Shown: positions 1 to 8,902 of the stretch, in pieces
Layout of the letters: each line of letters begins with the position of its first letter
Position numbering within the stretch: the stretch's first letter is position 1
NCBI GenBank assembly: GCA_036721445.1
Contig: DAIMKZ010000002.1
Location: forward strand, 1-52,521
Source: Candidatus Delongbacteria bacterium
Lineage (GTDB): Bacteria; UBA4055
Length of the DNA stretch: 52,521 bases
Direction: 5' to 3'
Program-made: the position numbers and the translations under genes
The notes under the pieces: model-generated
Seen by the model: only the letters and a program-made list of their open reading frames with translations
What the model was told of the DNA's origin: nothing
Databases searched by the model: none

Positions 1-1
1 C

Positions 2-145
2 CTCGGGCTCATCGTCAGTTTCTCGCTTTATTCAGCAACAGGGTTTATTGACACACCGGGTTTTATCGCTGGGATTGCTTACGGTGTCATTATCGATTAT
101 ATTTCGACCGTTTATACTAAATCCGGCGAGAGGATAAATGGCTGA
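2..145 (+). CDS. 3' end of an upstream gene cut by the window edge; hydrophobic C-terminal tail, family unknown
   Basis: Frame 2 is open from the window edge to TGA at 143-145 and overlaps the next ATG by 8 nt (ATGGCTGA). The peptide LGLIVSFSLYSATGFIDTPGFIAGIAYGVIIDYISTVYTKSGERING looks like the last membrane helices of an integral membrane protein. Confidence 0.3.
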   Translation, partial: LGLIVSFSLYSATGFIDTPGFIAGIAYGVIIDYISTVYTKSGERING

Positions 146-848
146 GCTTGTCAGGCTTCAGAAATACATGGCGGACAAAGGGATCGCTTCGAGAAGAAAG
201 TGCGAGGAGTTCATTACGGACGGACTTGTCAGAGTGAACGGTAAAGTAGTCACCGAACTCGGCACGAAGGTCGATCCCGACAAAGACGCCGTCGAGGTCA
301 ACGAAAGTAAGGTCGAAGCGGTGAAGGCGGATTATATTTATATCATGCTCAATAAACCCGCAGGCTACATTACTTCGCTAAAGCAGGCGGACTCCTCTTC
401 CCCGCTTGTGACCGATCTGCTGAAAAAAGTTAAAGATAGGGTCTATCCCGTCGGCAGGCTGGACAAAGACTCGAGCGGGCTCCTGCTCCTCACCAATGAC
501 GGCGATTTCGCGTACAAACTTATGCATCCGTCGTTCGAGAAAGAAAAAGAATACATAGTCACGACCGAACAGACAGTCACCCGCACGATGATCGAACGGT
601 TCCAGAAAGGTATCATAATTGAAGGCAGAAAGACCTATCCGGCAAAAGTAAAAAGGATCGAACTGACCAAAATAAGTATCGTGATCAAAGAAGGCCGCAA
701 CAGACAGATCAGGAAAATGCTTCAGAAAGTCGGAAACACCGTCATTAGCCTTCAAAGGGTCAGGATAAATAACCTTATACTCGGAAAGCTCAAAGAAGGT
801 GAGTACAGGTTCCTGACCAAGTCTGAAGTCAATGATCTGATGGTGTAG
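138..848 (+). CDS. rluB: RluB/RsuA-family 23S/16S rRNA pseudouridine synthase
   Basis: 236 aa. N-terminal S4 domain (LQKYMADKGIASRRKCEEFITDGLVRVNGK) and the catalytic motif GRLDKDSSGLLLLTNDG with the conserved Asp. Confidence 0.85.
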   Translation: MAELVRLQKYMADKGIASRRKCEEFITDGLVRVNGKVVTELGTKVDPDKDAVEVNESKVEAVKADYIYIMLNKPAGYITSLKQADSSSPLVTDLLKKVKDRVYPVGRLDKDSSGLLLLTNDGDFAYKLMHPSFEKEKEYIVTTEQTVTRTMIERFQKGIIIEGRKTYPAKVKRIELTKISIVIKEGRNRQIRKMLQKVGNTVISLQRVRINNLILGKLKEGEYRFLTKSEVNDLMV

Positions 849-877
849 TGTTTAAAACATTATAAAAGAAGTAAAGT

Positions 878-1259
878 TTGGTAAAGAATTTTAAATACGC
901 GATCGTCAGGCGTCCGTGCCCGGAAATGGTGAACGGTATAACTAAAGCGAACCTTGGAAAACCTGACTATCAGAATGCTTTGAAGCAGCACGATCTCTAT
1001 ATCAGATCGCTCGAGAAATGCGGACTGAAAGTTAAAATCCTTGAAGCTGAAAACAGCTTTCCTGACTCAACTTTCATCGAGTATGTGTCAGTATGCACAC
1101 CGCACTGCACCGTAACTACCAATCCCGGCGCCACCTGCAAGGAACGGCGAGATCAATGGAATGAAGAATGTGCTTAATGAATGCTCCCGAAACATCGAAG
1201 AGATCATTCCTTCGGGAACTCTCGACGGCGGGTTAAGCTGCCTGTCCCTCAGGTTTTAG
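878..1259 (+). pseudogene. Decayed dimethylarginine dimethylaminohydrolase (DDAH/amidinotransferase-fold) gene: frameshifted and internally deleted
   Basis: Frame A (878-1177), AIVRRPCPEMVNGITKANLGKPDYQNALKQHDLYIRSLEKCGLKV..FPDSTFIE..NPGA, matches the DDAH N-terminus. After a 1-nt frame change near 1130 the reading continues as PPARNGEINGMKNVLNECSRNIEEIIPSGTLDGGLSCLSLRF and stops at 1257-1259. That ending is the family's C-terminal catalytic-Cys motif. The remnant has about 127 codons against about 250 expected. Confidence 0.7.
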
Positions 1260-1427
1260 GTGTATTCAGCGATAAAGACCGCACAAATAATCATTATATT
1301 TTTTTGTTAAAAAAACTATTGATTTTCATTCATAATATAGCTATATATACTAGTCCCGCCGAATTTTCCGGGACAAACAGATAAAATATAATCATAACAG
1401 GCATGATCTTTAACAATAGGAGCGATC

Positions 1428-1976
1428 TTGAAAAGAACTGCAATAACTCTACTTCTTGTCACAATTACTTCGATGATCCACCCTCTGGCCATGAATGATT
1501 TCGGCCAGTTCGAACAGAACGATAAAAATCCCGAAGTAAGTTGTGTTTATGAGAACGAACAGTTCAATTATAGCGGAGATGTTATAACAGTTACTGAAGG
1601 CAAACTTTATTTTAACGGCATGATCATAGCCGATCTGCCTGATTTTATGAGCATACTTGCTGACACACGGCGCGTTTTTGTTGTTACAAACAGAACTATC
1701 TTCAGCCTTACGGGAGAAGTTCTCAGACCTCTTTTAACCTTTAACGAACTGATAAATGATCTTGCCTACTTAAACGGCGAGATCCATGTTTCTCTTAAAA
1801 AAACTATCATGAACGGTTATAAATTTACGCATATAAAGATATCTTCAGATAATGACATCTCTACTGTTGATACTGCTATTCTGGATTTGAAAAAGAAAAA
1901 TCTTCCTGATGATGAGCAGATCAACCCTCTAGTCCTGAAAAATGCGGGGCGTGTTCTGGTTAAGGGCAGCTACTAA
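1428..1976 (+). CDS. Hypothetical secreted protein
   Basis: 182-aa ORF with a TTG start 6 nt after AGGAG. N-terminal signal-like segment KRTAITLLLVTITSMIHPLAMN. No recognisable family motif. Confidence 0.5.
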   Translation: MKRTAITLLLVTITSMIHPLAMNDFGQFEQNDKNPEVSCVYENEQFNYSGDVITVTEGKLYFNGMIIADLPDFMSILADTRRVFVVTNRTIFSLTGEVLRPLLTFNELINDLAYLNGEIHVSLKKTIMNGYKFTHIKISSDNDISTVDTAILDLKKKNLPDDEQINPLVLKNAGRVLVKGSY

Positions 1977-2010
1977 AAACTTTTTTTTAATACTTTCCCC
2001 GGAGAGTCCA

Positions 2011-2844
2011 ATGGCATTTGTAAAAAAAGCTAACGGTGAAACTGAACTTTTTTCATCTGAAAAACTTGAGCGTTCGCTCAGGAGATCCGGTGCGGACAGA
2101 GAAGCTATCTCCATAATAATAAAGATCGTCAATTCATCCCTGTATGACGGGATCACAACAGGCAAAATATACAATATGGCTTTTTCGCAGCTCAAGAAAC
2201 TGAAACGCAGCCATGCTTTTAAATATAAACTCAAACAGGCAATAATGGAACTCGGACCCACAGGACACCCGTTCGAAAATTTCATCGGAAAGATCATGGA
2301 GATACAGGGGTATGTTACTGAAGTTGCTCTGACGGTTGACGGTTTCTGCGTAAATCATGAAGTCGATGTTATTGCAACAAAAGACAGAACTCAGTATATC
2401 GTTGAATGCAAGTACGGCAAAAGTTCCGATAAAACCGTGAACGTTCAGGTACCGCTTTATGTAAGATCCAGGGTTGACGATATCGTAAGAAAGCGCGAAA
2501 AAATGAAAGACTACGAGGGGTTTGTTTTTCAAGGTATGGTCGCAACGAACACAAGGTTCTCACCGGATTCAATTTCATACGCGGAATGTTCCGGACTTGC
2601 TCTACTGGGATGGGATTATCCCTCCGGCAACGGACTGAAAGAGATAATTGACAGGGAAAATATCTACCCGGTAACTGTGTTAAATTCAATTACAAAAGCT
2701 CAAAAACAGATACTTTTAGATAATGGTACTGTTATTTGCAGGCAGATTATCAGCGATCCCGCGATCCTTGACAGCCTTGACTTATCAGAAACTAAAAAAG
2801 ACAGGGTTATTTCAGAACTGAGATCGGTGTGCAGCTGCTGTTGA
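2011..2844 (+). CDS. ATP-cone domain fused to an Mrr-like PD-(D/E)xK restriction-endonuclease-fold domain
   Basis: ATG at 2011 follows GGAGAG; the track ORF start at 1942 would overlap the upstream gene. ATP-cone pattern: VKKANGETELFSSEKLERSLRRSGA...ITTGKIYNMAF. Nuclease core: HEVDVIATKD...YIVECKYG (D...ExK), followed by an Mrr-type C-terminal part (ATNTRFSPDSISYAECSGLALLGWD). Confidence 0.7.
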   Translation: MAFVKKANGETELFSSEKLERSLRRSGADREAISIIIKIVNSSLYDGITTGKIYNMAFSQLKKLKRSHAFKYKLKQAIMELGPTGHPFENFIGKIMEIQGYVTEVALTVDGFCVNHEVDVIATKDRTQYIVECKYGKSSDKTVNVQVPLYVRSRVDDIVRKREKMKDYEGFVFQGMVATNTRFSPDSISYAECSGLALLGWDYPSGNGLKEIIDRENIYPVTVLNSITKAQKQILLDNGTVICRQIISDPAILDSLDLSETKKDRVISELRSVCSCC

Positions 2845-2920
2845 ATTTCAATTAAGGTTGACTAAAACCGCTTATTTGTTTATTTTTAGCAGGAAATTAA
2901 CTAAAAAATATGGGGAGTAG

Positions 2921-4162
2921 ATGACAACTGATACGATCAAGAACAGAGGCTGGGTAATGGCTTCCGCCGGCCTGGTGATAAATCTTGCGCTGGGAATACT
3001 TTACACATGGAGTATTTTTAAAGACAGCATTCAGAGATCAATAGAATCAGGCGTAGAAGGTTCTTTTGCATGGGATAAAGCCTCTCTCAACGACCCCTAT
3101 GCGGTATGTATACTGGCTTTCGCATTTTCAATGATGCTTGCCGGAAAGATACAGGACAGGAAAGGTCCCGCGCTTACCGCTTTTATTGGAGGACTTCTCG
3201 TCGGATCGGGGTTCATTCTCATTTCTTTCACAACAAGCCTGACGGTTTGGATACTGGGATTCGGACTTCTTGCAGGAACCGGCATCGGTTTCGGATACTC
3301 CGCAGCCACTCCTCCCGCTTTAAAATGGTTCGCATCGTCAAAGTCGGGGCTCGTTGCAGGAATAGTAGTATCGGGTTTCGGACTTGCGCCGGTGTATATA
3401 GCTCCGCTTGCGACTTTTCTGGTCAGAAGCTACGGCTTGCAGAATTCGATGCTTATCTTCGGTATAGCTTTCATCGTAATAGTCTCCGGAGCCGCTCTGG
3501 TCCTGAGAAATCCTCCCGAGGGATATGTTCCTGTTGATCCAAAAGCCGGATTAAAACTCAAGAACAGCAATACAGCAGAAAATCACAATGCTCTATATAT
3601 GCTCAAATCACCGACTTTCTACCTTATGTGGCTTGTGTTCTTCATAAGTTCCGGATCAGGTCTGATGGTGATAGGGAGTATTTCAGGAATGGCTAAGAAA
3701 AGCATGGGCGAAGCGGCTTTCATCGCAGTGGCTATAATGGCTGTCGGGAACGCCGGCGGCAGGATCGTTGCGGGTCTGGTATCCGATAAGATCGGCAGGA
3801 TACTCACCTTGTCCATAATACTGATCTTTCAGTCTGCGCTTATGTTCGTTTCCATACCTGTCGCTTCTTCAGATTCACCGGCACTTATTGTCGTTCTGCT
3901 GGCAACTTTCATAGGTTTTAATTATGGAACGAACCTTTCAATATTCCCCTCTTTTGTTAAAGGATTCTGGGGAATGAAGAACTTCGGCGTTAACTTTGGC
4001 GTGCTCATGTCAGCATGGGGGCTAGGAGGCTCGGTCTTCAGCAGGCTTTCCCAGTATCTTCTGGCGGAGACCGGCAATCACAACATGTCGTTCATTATAG
4101 CCGGAATATCTCTGGTTTTGTGCCTCATACTTACATTTATTCTCAGAAAGATACACAAATAA
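2921..4162 (+). CDS. MFS transporter, oxalate/formate antiporter (OFA)-like
   Basis: 413 aa with about 12 hydrophobic helices and a central hydrophilic loop. The N-terminus RGWVMASAGLVINLALGILYTWSIF is typical of the OFA family. RBS GGGGAG upstream. Confidence 0.8.
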   Translation: MTTDTIKNRGWVMASAGLVINLALGILYTWSIFKDSIQRSIESGVEGSFAWDKASLNDPYAVCILAFAFSMMLAGKIQDRKGPALTAFIGGLLVGSGFILISFTTSLTVWILGFGLLAGTGIGFGYSAATPPALKWFASSKSGLVAGIVVSGFGLAPVYIAPLATFLVRSYGLQNSMLIFGIAFIVIVSGAALVLRNPPEGYVPVDPKAGLKLKNSNTAENHNALYMLKSPTFYLMWLVFFISSGSGLMVIGSISGMAKKSMGEAAFIAVAIMAVGNAGGRIVAGLVSDKIGRILTLSIILIFQSALMFVSIPVASSDSPALIVVLLATFIGFNYGTNLSIFPSFVKGFWGMKNFGVNFGVLMSAWGLGGSVFSRLSQYLLAETGNHNMSFIIAGISLVLCLILTFILRKIHK

Positions 4163-4171
4163 GGAGGAACT

Positions 4172-4642
4172 ATGATCACTTTTGAAATCCCCGGAGAAGG
4201 AATTCTCAATGCGGAGCATCTCGTCCTTGACTACAACGGTACTCTCGCAGCTGACGGCTCTCTTTTACCCGGTGTCGCGGAAAAACTCAATCAGCTGTCT
4301 GCGCTGATCAGCATACATATAATTACTGCCGACACATACGGAGGAGCGGCTGAAAAAACGGCCGGAGTAAACTGTGATATAATTATAATAGAGGATCATT
4401 ATCAGAACGAGCACAAGAAGGAATTTGTGAAAAGGCTGGGTGCGGATAATGTGATCGCGATAGGAAACGGAGCCAACGACTCTTCGATGGTTAAGAACGC
4501 AGCGCTTGGCATATCGGTCATTCAGGCTGAAGGAGCTTCACCTTCTACCGTGTTCAATTCCAAGATCGTATGCACGAACATATTGGACGCACTTGATCTT
4601 CTTTCAAATCCTGCAAGAGTTTCAGCGACGCTGAGAGTATAA
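4172..4642 (+). CDS. Small HAD-superfamily hydrolase (stand-alone soluble P-type-ATPase-like domain, COG4087-like)
   Basis: 156 aa. HAD motifs: LVLDYNGTLA (DxxxT-like nucleophile region) and IAIGNGANDSSMVKNAALGISV (GDGxND-type motif). AAGGAGG RBS, 9 nt after the MFS stop. Confidence 0.65.
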   Translation: MITFEIPGEGILNAEHLVLDYNGTLAADGSLLPGVAEKLNQLSALISIHIITADTYGGAAEKTAGVNCDIIIIEDHYQNEHKKEFVKRLGADNVIAIGNGANDSSMVKNAALGISVIQAEGASPSTVFNSKIVCTNILDALDLLSNPARVSATLRV

Positions 4643-4755
4643 TTTTTAAGGTATTTGATAAACATGGAAAAAGATCCTTACCACAGTAGTAACGAGTTTT
4701 ATTAGCAGGACCGCACAGGTTGAAATGCCTTTCTGCGGATCCGCGGGGAGGTTAT

Positions 4756-6099
4756 ATGATCGAAAAAATTGAAAGAATAAAGGAACTGATCGGAAAGAAG
4801 CTCTGGCTTGTTCTTAGAGAAGAATTAGCAGTACTTGAACCTTTTGAGGTCAGTGAGATCATAGATGAGCTCGATGACGAAGAGGGGGTAATTGTATTCC
4901 GTCTTTTATCGAGAGAGCTTGCGAAAGAGACATTCCAGCACCTTCCGATAGAAAGGCAGGAAAAAGCGCTCGAAGCTTTAGCAAAGAACGCCACAAGACT
5001 TTCAAACCTTCTGAATGACCTTGATCCGGATGACAGGACCGCTTTTTTTGAAGAGCTTCCCGGTCAGCTCAGCCACAAACTTATACAGCTTCTGAGACCA
5101 GAAGAAAGAAGCGTTGCTAAGCAGCTTCTGGGATATCCTGAGGACAGCATCGGAAGGCTCATGACTCCGGAATTCATTGCAGTCAGACCTGAATTCACAA
5201 TTGCGCGCACACTCGAACATATAAGAAAATTCGGTCCGGATTCAGAGACCTTAAGCGTCATTTATGTTGTTGACTCGAACTGGAAACTTCTTGACGATAT
5301 TACTATAAGAGAGATCCTTCTGGCTGGACCGGAAGAATCGATCTCGGAGATAATGGACGGAAAATTCATTTCACTTAGTGCTCTCGATGATCAGGAAACC
5401 GCCGTATCTGTATTTAAAGATTCTGATTATTCCGCAGTGCCAGTCACAGACACGGAAGGCACGCTGCTCGGGATCGTCACATTCGACGACGTAATGGATG
5501 TCGAGGAAGAGGAAACTACCGAGGATTTTCATAAATTCGGTGCTTTTCAGGATGCGGTCGTGAATCCTGTTAAAGCAGGCGTAACTTATATGTACAGCAA
5601 AAGGATAATGTGGCTGAGCATTTTAGTCTTCATGAACGTATTTTCAGGAGCGGCTATCGCCGGATTTGAAAATGTTATACATTCGATGGTCTCGCTGATG
5701 TTCTTCCTTCCGCTTCTGATCGGAAGCGGAGGAAATGCCGGAGCGCAGTCAGCCACTCTTATGATAAGGTCCCTGGCGGTCGGCGATGTTGATACTTCTG
5801 ACTGGATGAAACTCTTCGGGAAAGAATTTCTTGTATCTCTGATGCTTGGATTAACAATGGCCGCGGCTGTCAGTATCATAGCGAGTTTCCGTGCGCCGGA
5901 CATAATTATGGTAGTGGCGGCATCCATGGTGTTCACTGTAGTCGCCGGGAGCCTTGTCGGACTCATGCTTCCATTCATTTTTACAAAACTGAAGATCGAC
6001 CCGGCTACCGCAAGCGCTCCGCTGGTCACATCAATAGCCGACATTGCCGGCGTCATAATATATTTCTCGATCGCATCGTGGTATCTGGGTATAAAATAG
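4756..6099 (+). CDS. mgtE: Magnesium transporter MgtE
   Basis: N-domain, tandem CBS region and a C-terminal 5-TM domain with the hallmark GGNAGAQSATLMIRSLAVGD. ATG 4756 follows GGGGAGG; the track start at 4720 is an unlikely extension. Confidence 0.9.
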   Translation: MIEKIERIKELIGKKLWLVLREELAVLEPFEVSEIIDELDDEEGVIVFRLLSRELAKETFQHLPIERQEKALEALAKNATRLSNLLNDLDPDDRTAFFEELPGQLSHKLIQLLRPEERSVAKQLLGYPEDSIGRLMTPEFIAVRPEFTIARTLEHIRKFGPDSETLSVIYVVDSNWKLLDDITIREILLAGPEESISEIMDGKFISLSALDDQETAVSVFKDSDYSAVPVTDTEGTLLGIVTFDDVMDVEEEETTEDFHKFGAFQDAVVNPVKAGVTYMYSKRIMWLSILVFMNVFSGAAIAGFENVIHSMVSLMFFLPLLIGSGGNAGAQSATLMIRSLAVGDVDTSDWMKLFGKEFLVSLMLGLTMAAAVSIIASFRAPDIIMVVAASMVFTVVAGSLVGLMLPFIFTKLKIDPATASAPLVTSIADIAGVIIYFSIASWYLGIK

Positions 6100-6122
6100 A
6101 TTTATTCCGATCTTTATAGGGA

Positions 6123-6860
6123 TTAATTTATTTCCGGTAAAGGATTCGATCTCAGATATTCTTCCGCCTCTTTCAGCTTTTCCACTGTACCTATGTCATA
6201 CCAGTTCAATTCAGGCTTGTAAGATATTATTTTCGCTCCGGAACGAACAGCATTGAGGTAAACGTCAATTATCGAATATTCGGTCTCGTTCTGCCTGAAC
6301 GCTTCGATCTTCTTCTTATTCACTGCGTGTATCCCGCAGAAAGCGAGTAAAGATGAAGTTCCCGCCGGTGCTTTTACAATGTTCCTAATGCCCTTCTTTA
6401 ACAGGTTAAGCCCGCAGAAATTACCCTCCGAATCGATAATGACCTGATTGAACGTATCCCTGTCCTGCATGACCATTGTAGCGGCAGCCTCATTCTTTTT
6501 ATGGAACAGCATGAGCTTCTCAAGATCGATGTCGCATATCACATCGGTATTGTAAACTATAAAATCATCGTCGCAGACCTCAGAAAGCATATTGAAGATG
6601 CCGCCTCCCGTTCCCAGGATGACTTTTTCATTTATAATTTTTATATCGGCCTTAAAATTCGATCCGGAAATAAAATTTTCTATCTGTTCAGGATAATAGT
6701 GAGAGTTAATTATGATATTATCAATGCCGTAATAAATGAATTTTCTAATTATGTGCTCAAGAACAGGCCTTCCTGATAATGGAACCAGCGCTTTTGGTAT
6801 TGAATCGGTTATCGGTCTCAGCCTTGTTCCGTAGCCGGCCGCAAGTATCATGCCCTGCAT
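6123..6860 (-). CDS. Sugar-1-phosphate nucleotidyltransferase (MurU/mannose-1-P guanylyltransferase-like)
   Basis: 245 aa. N-terminal signature ILAAGYGTRLRPITDSIPKALVPL (GxGTRxxPxxxxxPK). Confidence 0.8.
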   Translation of the reverse strand: MQGMILAAGYGTRLRPITDSIPKALVPLSGRPVLEHIIRKFIYYGIDNIIINSHYYPEQIENFISGSNFKADIKIINEKVILGTGGGIFNMLSEVCDDDFIVYNTDVICDIDLEKLMLFHKKNEAAATMVMQDRDTFNQVIIDSEGNFCGLNLLKKGIRNIVKAPAGTSSLLAFCGIHAVNKKKIEAFRQNETEYSIIDVYLNAVRSGAKIISYKPELNWYDIGTVEKLKEAEEYLRSNPLPEIN

Positions 6861-6866
6861 AAACTG

Positions 6867-7559
6867 TCAGTCCTCTTCAAAAGACTCTCCAAGGTCAAGC
6901 ATATCTGTCTTTTCTGAATATTTTTCGTATTTGATCTTGCTCAGGTTCGTGAATTTTTTAATTATCTTATCTATCCCCAAAGCGGCCTTTTCTATCTCAG
7001 CCGTACTTTCTGATATTTTTGATGACAGGTTCTCTTTTTTTATCAGGATCTCAAGTATCTCCGTCTGTCCAAGTATCGAAGTCGTAAGCTGATTTAAAGT
7101 GTGATTCTGACTTACCATTGCGGCATGAAGCGCTTTTATCTGCTCGGCTTCGATCATTTTCTCCACCATGATCTTAAGCTCGATCTGGGTTCTGACCCTT
7201 GCGAGAAGCTCGGGCGCGCTGAAAGGTTTGGTAATATAATCCTGAGCTCCGGCCTCAAGACCTTTGATGACGAAATCGCTGCTGTTCTGGCCTGAGAGGA
7301 AAATGACCGGTATTTTTGAGGTCATGGAATTTACTTTTAATCTTTTGCATATTTCAAAACCGCTTAAGCCAGGCATTGAAACATCCAGCAGGATCAGATC
7401 GGGCTGGTTTTTAACCGCCATATCCTCAGCTTCAACGGAATCCTTGATCATAATCGTATTATAACTTTCCAGAGAAAGCATTGAGTCTATAATCCTTAAA
7501 TTAAGAGGCTCATCGTCAACTATCATTATGAGAACTTTTTTTCTGTCGAACTTAAGCAT
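6867..7559 (-). CDS. Response regulator: receiver domain plus a C-terminal helical DHp-like segment, with no DNA-binding or ATPase domain
   Basis: REC motifs IVDDEP, DLILLDVSMPGLSG and KIPVIFLSG..DYITKPF. C-terminal about 95 aa are helical, containing HAAMVSQNHTLNQLTTSILGQTEILE. Confidence 0.8.
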   Translation of the reverse strand: MLKFDRKKVLIMIVDDEPLNLRIIDSMLSLESYNTIMIKDSVEAEDMAVKNQPDLILLDVSMPGLSGFEICKRLKVNSMTSKIPVIFLSGQNSSDFVIKGLEAGAQDYITKPFSAPELLARVRTQIELKIMVEKMIEAEQIKALHAAMVSQNHTLNQLTTSILGQTEILEILIKKENLSSKISESTAEIEKAALGIDKIIKKFTNLSKIKYEKYSEKTDMLDLGESFEED

Positions 7560-7572
7560 GTTTTACCTCCCC

Positions 7573-8892
7573 TTATTTTTTAAGGAATTTAAAAACCAGC
7601 GGCACACCTTTGAAATCATATTTCTCTCTCATTTTCTTTTCCAGAAAGCGCTTGTAATTATCTTTCAGCTTTGCAGGATCGTTTACGAAAAAGGAGAACA
7701 CCGGAGGATCGATCGCTACCTGGGTCATATATTTTATATTTATAAACTTTCCGTTCACTGAAGGCGGCGAATATGAGTTGGTTATTTTGCTCAGAAAGTC
7801 ATTGAGTTCAGGAGTACTGATCTTTGTTTTCCTCTTCATCCTGATCGTACGGGCAAGGTCCAGCAGCTTGAATATCCTCTGTTTCTCAAGGACGGATATG
7901 AATTTGATCTCAAGATACTGCAGCCAGTCGAGTTCCTTTCTGATATATCGTTCATAATCTCTTGTAGTATTAGTTTCCTTTTCTTTCACAAGGTCCCATT
8001 TGTTTACTGCGAGTATCAGTCCTTTAAAGAGTTTCTTTCCTTGGGACAGAATGTCAATATCCTGCTTGGTTATACCTTCTATGGCATCTATCATCAATAT
8101 TACGACATCCGCTCTTTCAACAGCCCTGAGAGTCCTGATGAGTGAATAGAATTCAAGGCTTTCTCTGACTTTCTTCCTTTTTCTGAGTCCGGCAGTATCT
8201 ATAAGAACTATCTCCTCGTTCTGATATTTGAGTACCGAATCGATCGAATCTCTCGTTGTTCCGGGCACGTCGGAAACAATAAGCTTCTCTTTCTCAAGAA
8301 GCTGGTTTATCAGAGATGATTTCCCTACATTAGGCTTGCCGATCACCGCTATTTTTAGCCTTACATCCTGCTCTTCGACCTCACTCTCCTCGTCGGGCGC
8401 CATATCTTTTGTGATCAGGTCTAGAAGACCGCCTGTATTCCTTCCGTTCATGGCTGAAATAGCTACAGGCTCACCTAGACCCAGATTATAGAATTCGGAG
8501 GCGTAAGGTTCGTCCTTCATCTCGTCTATCTTGTTGACCGTAACGATTATTCTTTTATCCGTTCTCTGGAGTTTCTTTACAATGTCGTGATCAATAGCTG
8601 ATATGCCGGTCTTTGAATCCACCATGAAAATAATCACATCCGCCTCTTCGATGGCTATCTCGATCTGCGATCTTATAATTGATTCAAAGAACTCCTTGGA
8701 TTCCGGGACAAATCCGCCCGTATCGATAAGCGTGAACGATCTTCCCGCCCAGCTTACTTTTCCGTAATTCCTGTCCCTGGTCACACCGTAATGATCCGCC
8801 ACTATCGCTTCGTTCGTTTTCGTAAGCCTGTTGAAGAGCGTCGATTTTCCTATGTTGGGTCTTCCCACGATAGCTACTATCTGATTTGTCAT
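7573..8892 (-). CDS. der: Ribosome-associated GTPase Der (EngA)
   Basis: Two tandem GTPase domains (GRPNIGKSTLFNRL and GKPNVGKSSLINQL, each with DTGG/DTAG and NKxD) plus a KH-like C-terminus. Confidence 0.95.
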   Translation of the reverse strand: MTNQIVAIVGRPNIGKSTLFNRLTKTNEAIVADHYGVTRDRNYGKVSWAGRSFTLIDTGGFVPESKEFFESIIRSQIEIAIEEADVIIFMVDSKTGISAIDHDIVKKLQRTDKRIIVTVNKIDEMKDEPYASEFYNLGLGEPVAISAMNGRNTGGLLDLITKDMAPDEESEVEEQDVRLKIAVIGKPNVGKSSLINQLLEKEKLIVSDVPGTTRDSIDSVLKYQNEEIVLIDTAGLRKRKKVRESLEFYSLIRTLRAVERADVVILMIDAIEGITKQDIDILSQGKKLFKGLILAVNKWDLVKEKETNTTRDYERYIRKELDWLQYLEIKFISVLEKQRIFKLLDLARTIRMKRKTKISTPELNDFLSKITNSYSPPSVNGKFINIKYMTQVAIDPPVFSFFVNDPAKLKDNYKRFLEKKMREKYDFKGVPLVFKFLKK

Positions 8893-8902
8893 TCTTTCCC
8901 TT

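Noticed and set aside
1181-1384. 67-aa ORF after the DDAH fragment
   Set aside because: Its first part is out of frame with the DDAH-homologous reading (which is frame 3, 1131-1259). The rest runs through AT-rich non-coding sequence. No family features.
4643-4755. M-box (Mg) riboswitch or leader peptide (13-codon ORF MEKDPYHSSNEFY at 4664) upstream of mgtE
   Set aside because: The spacer is only about 113 nt against about 160 nt for an M-box, and I cannot find the conserved M-box core. The mini-ORF has no RBS and no Pro-rich sensing logic. I kept only the hairpin as a low-interest note.
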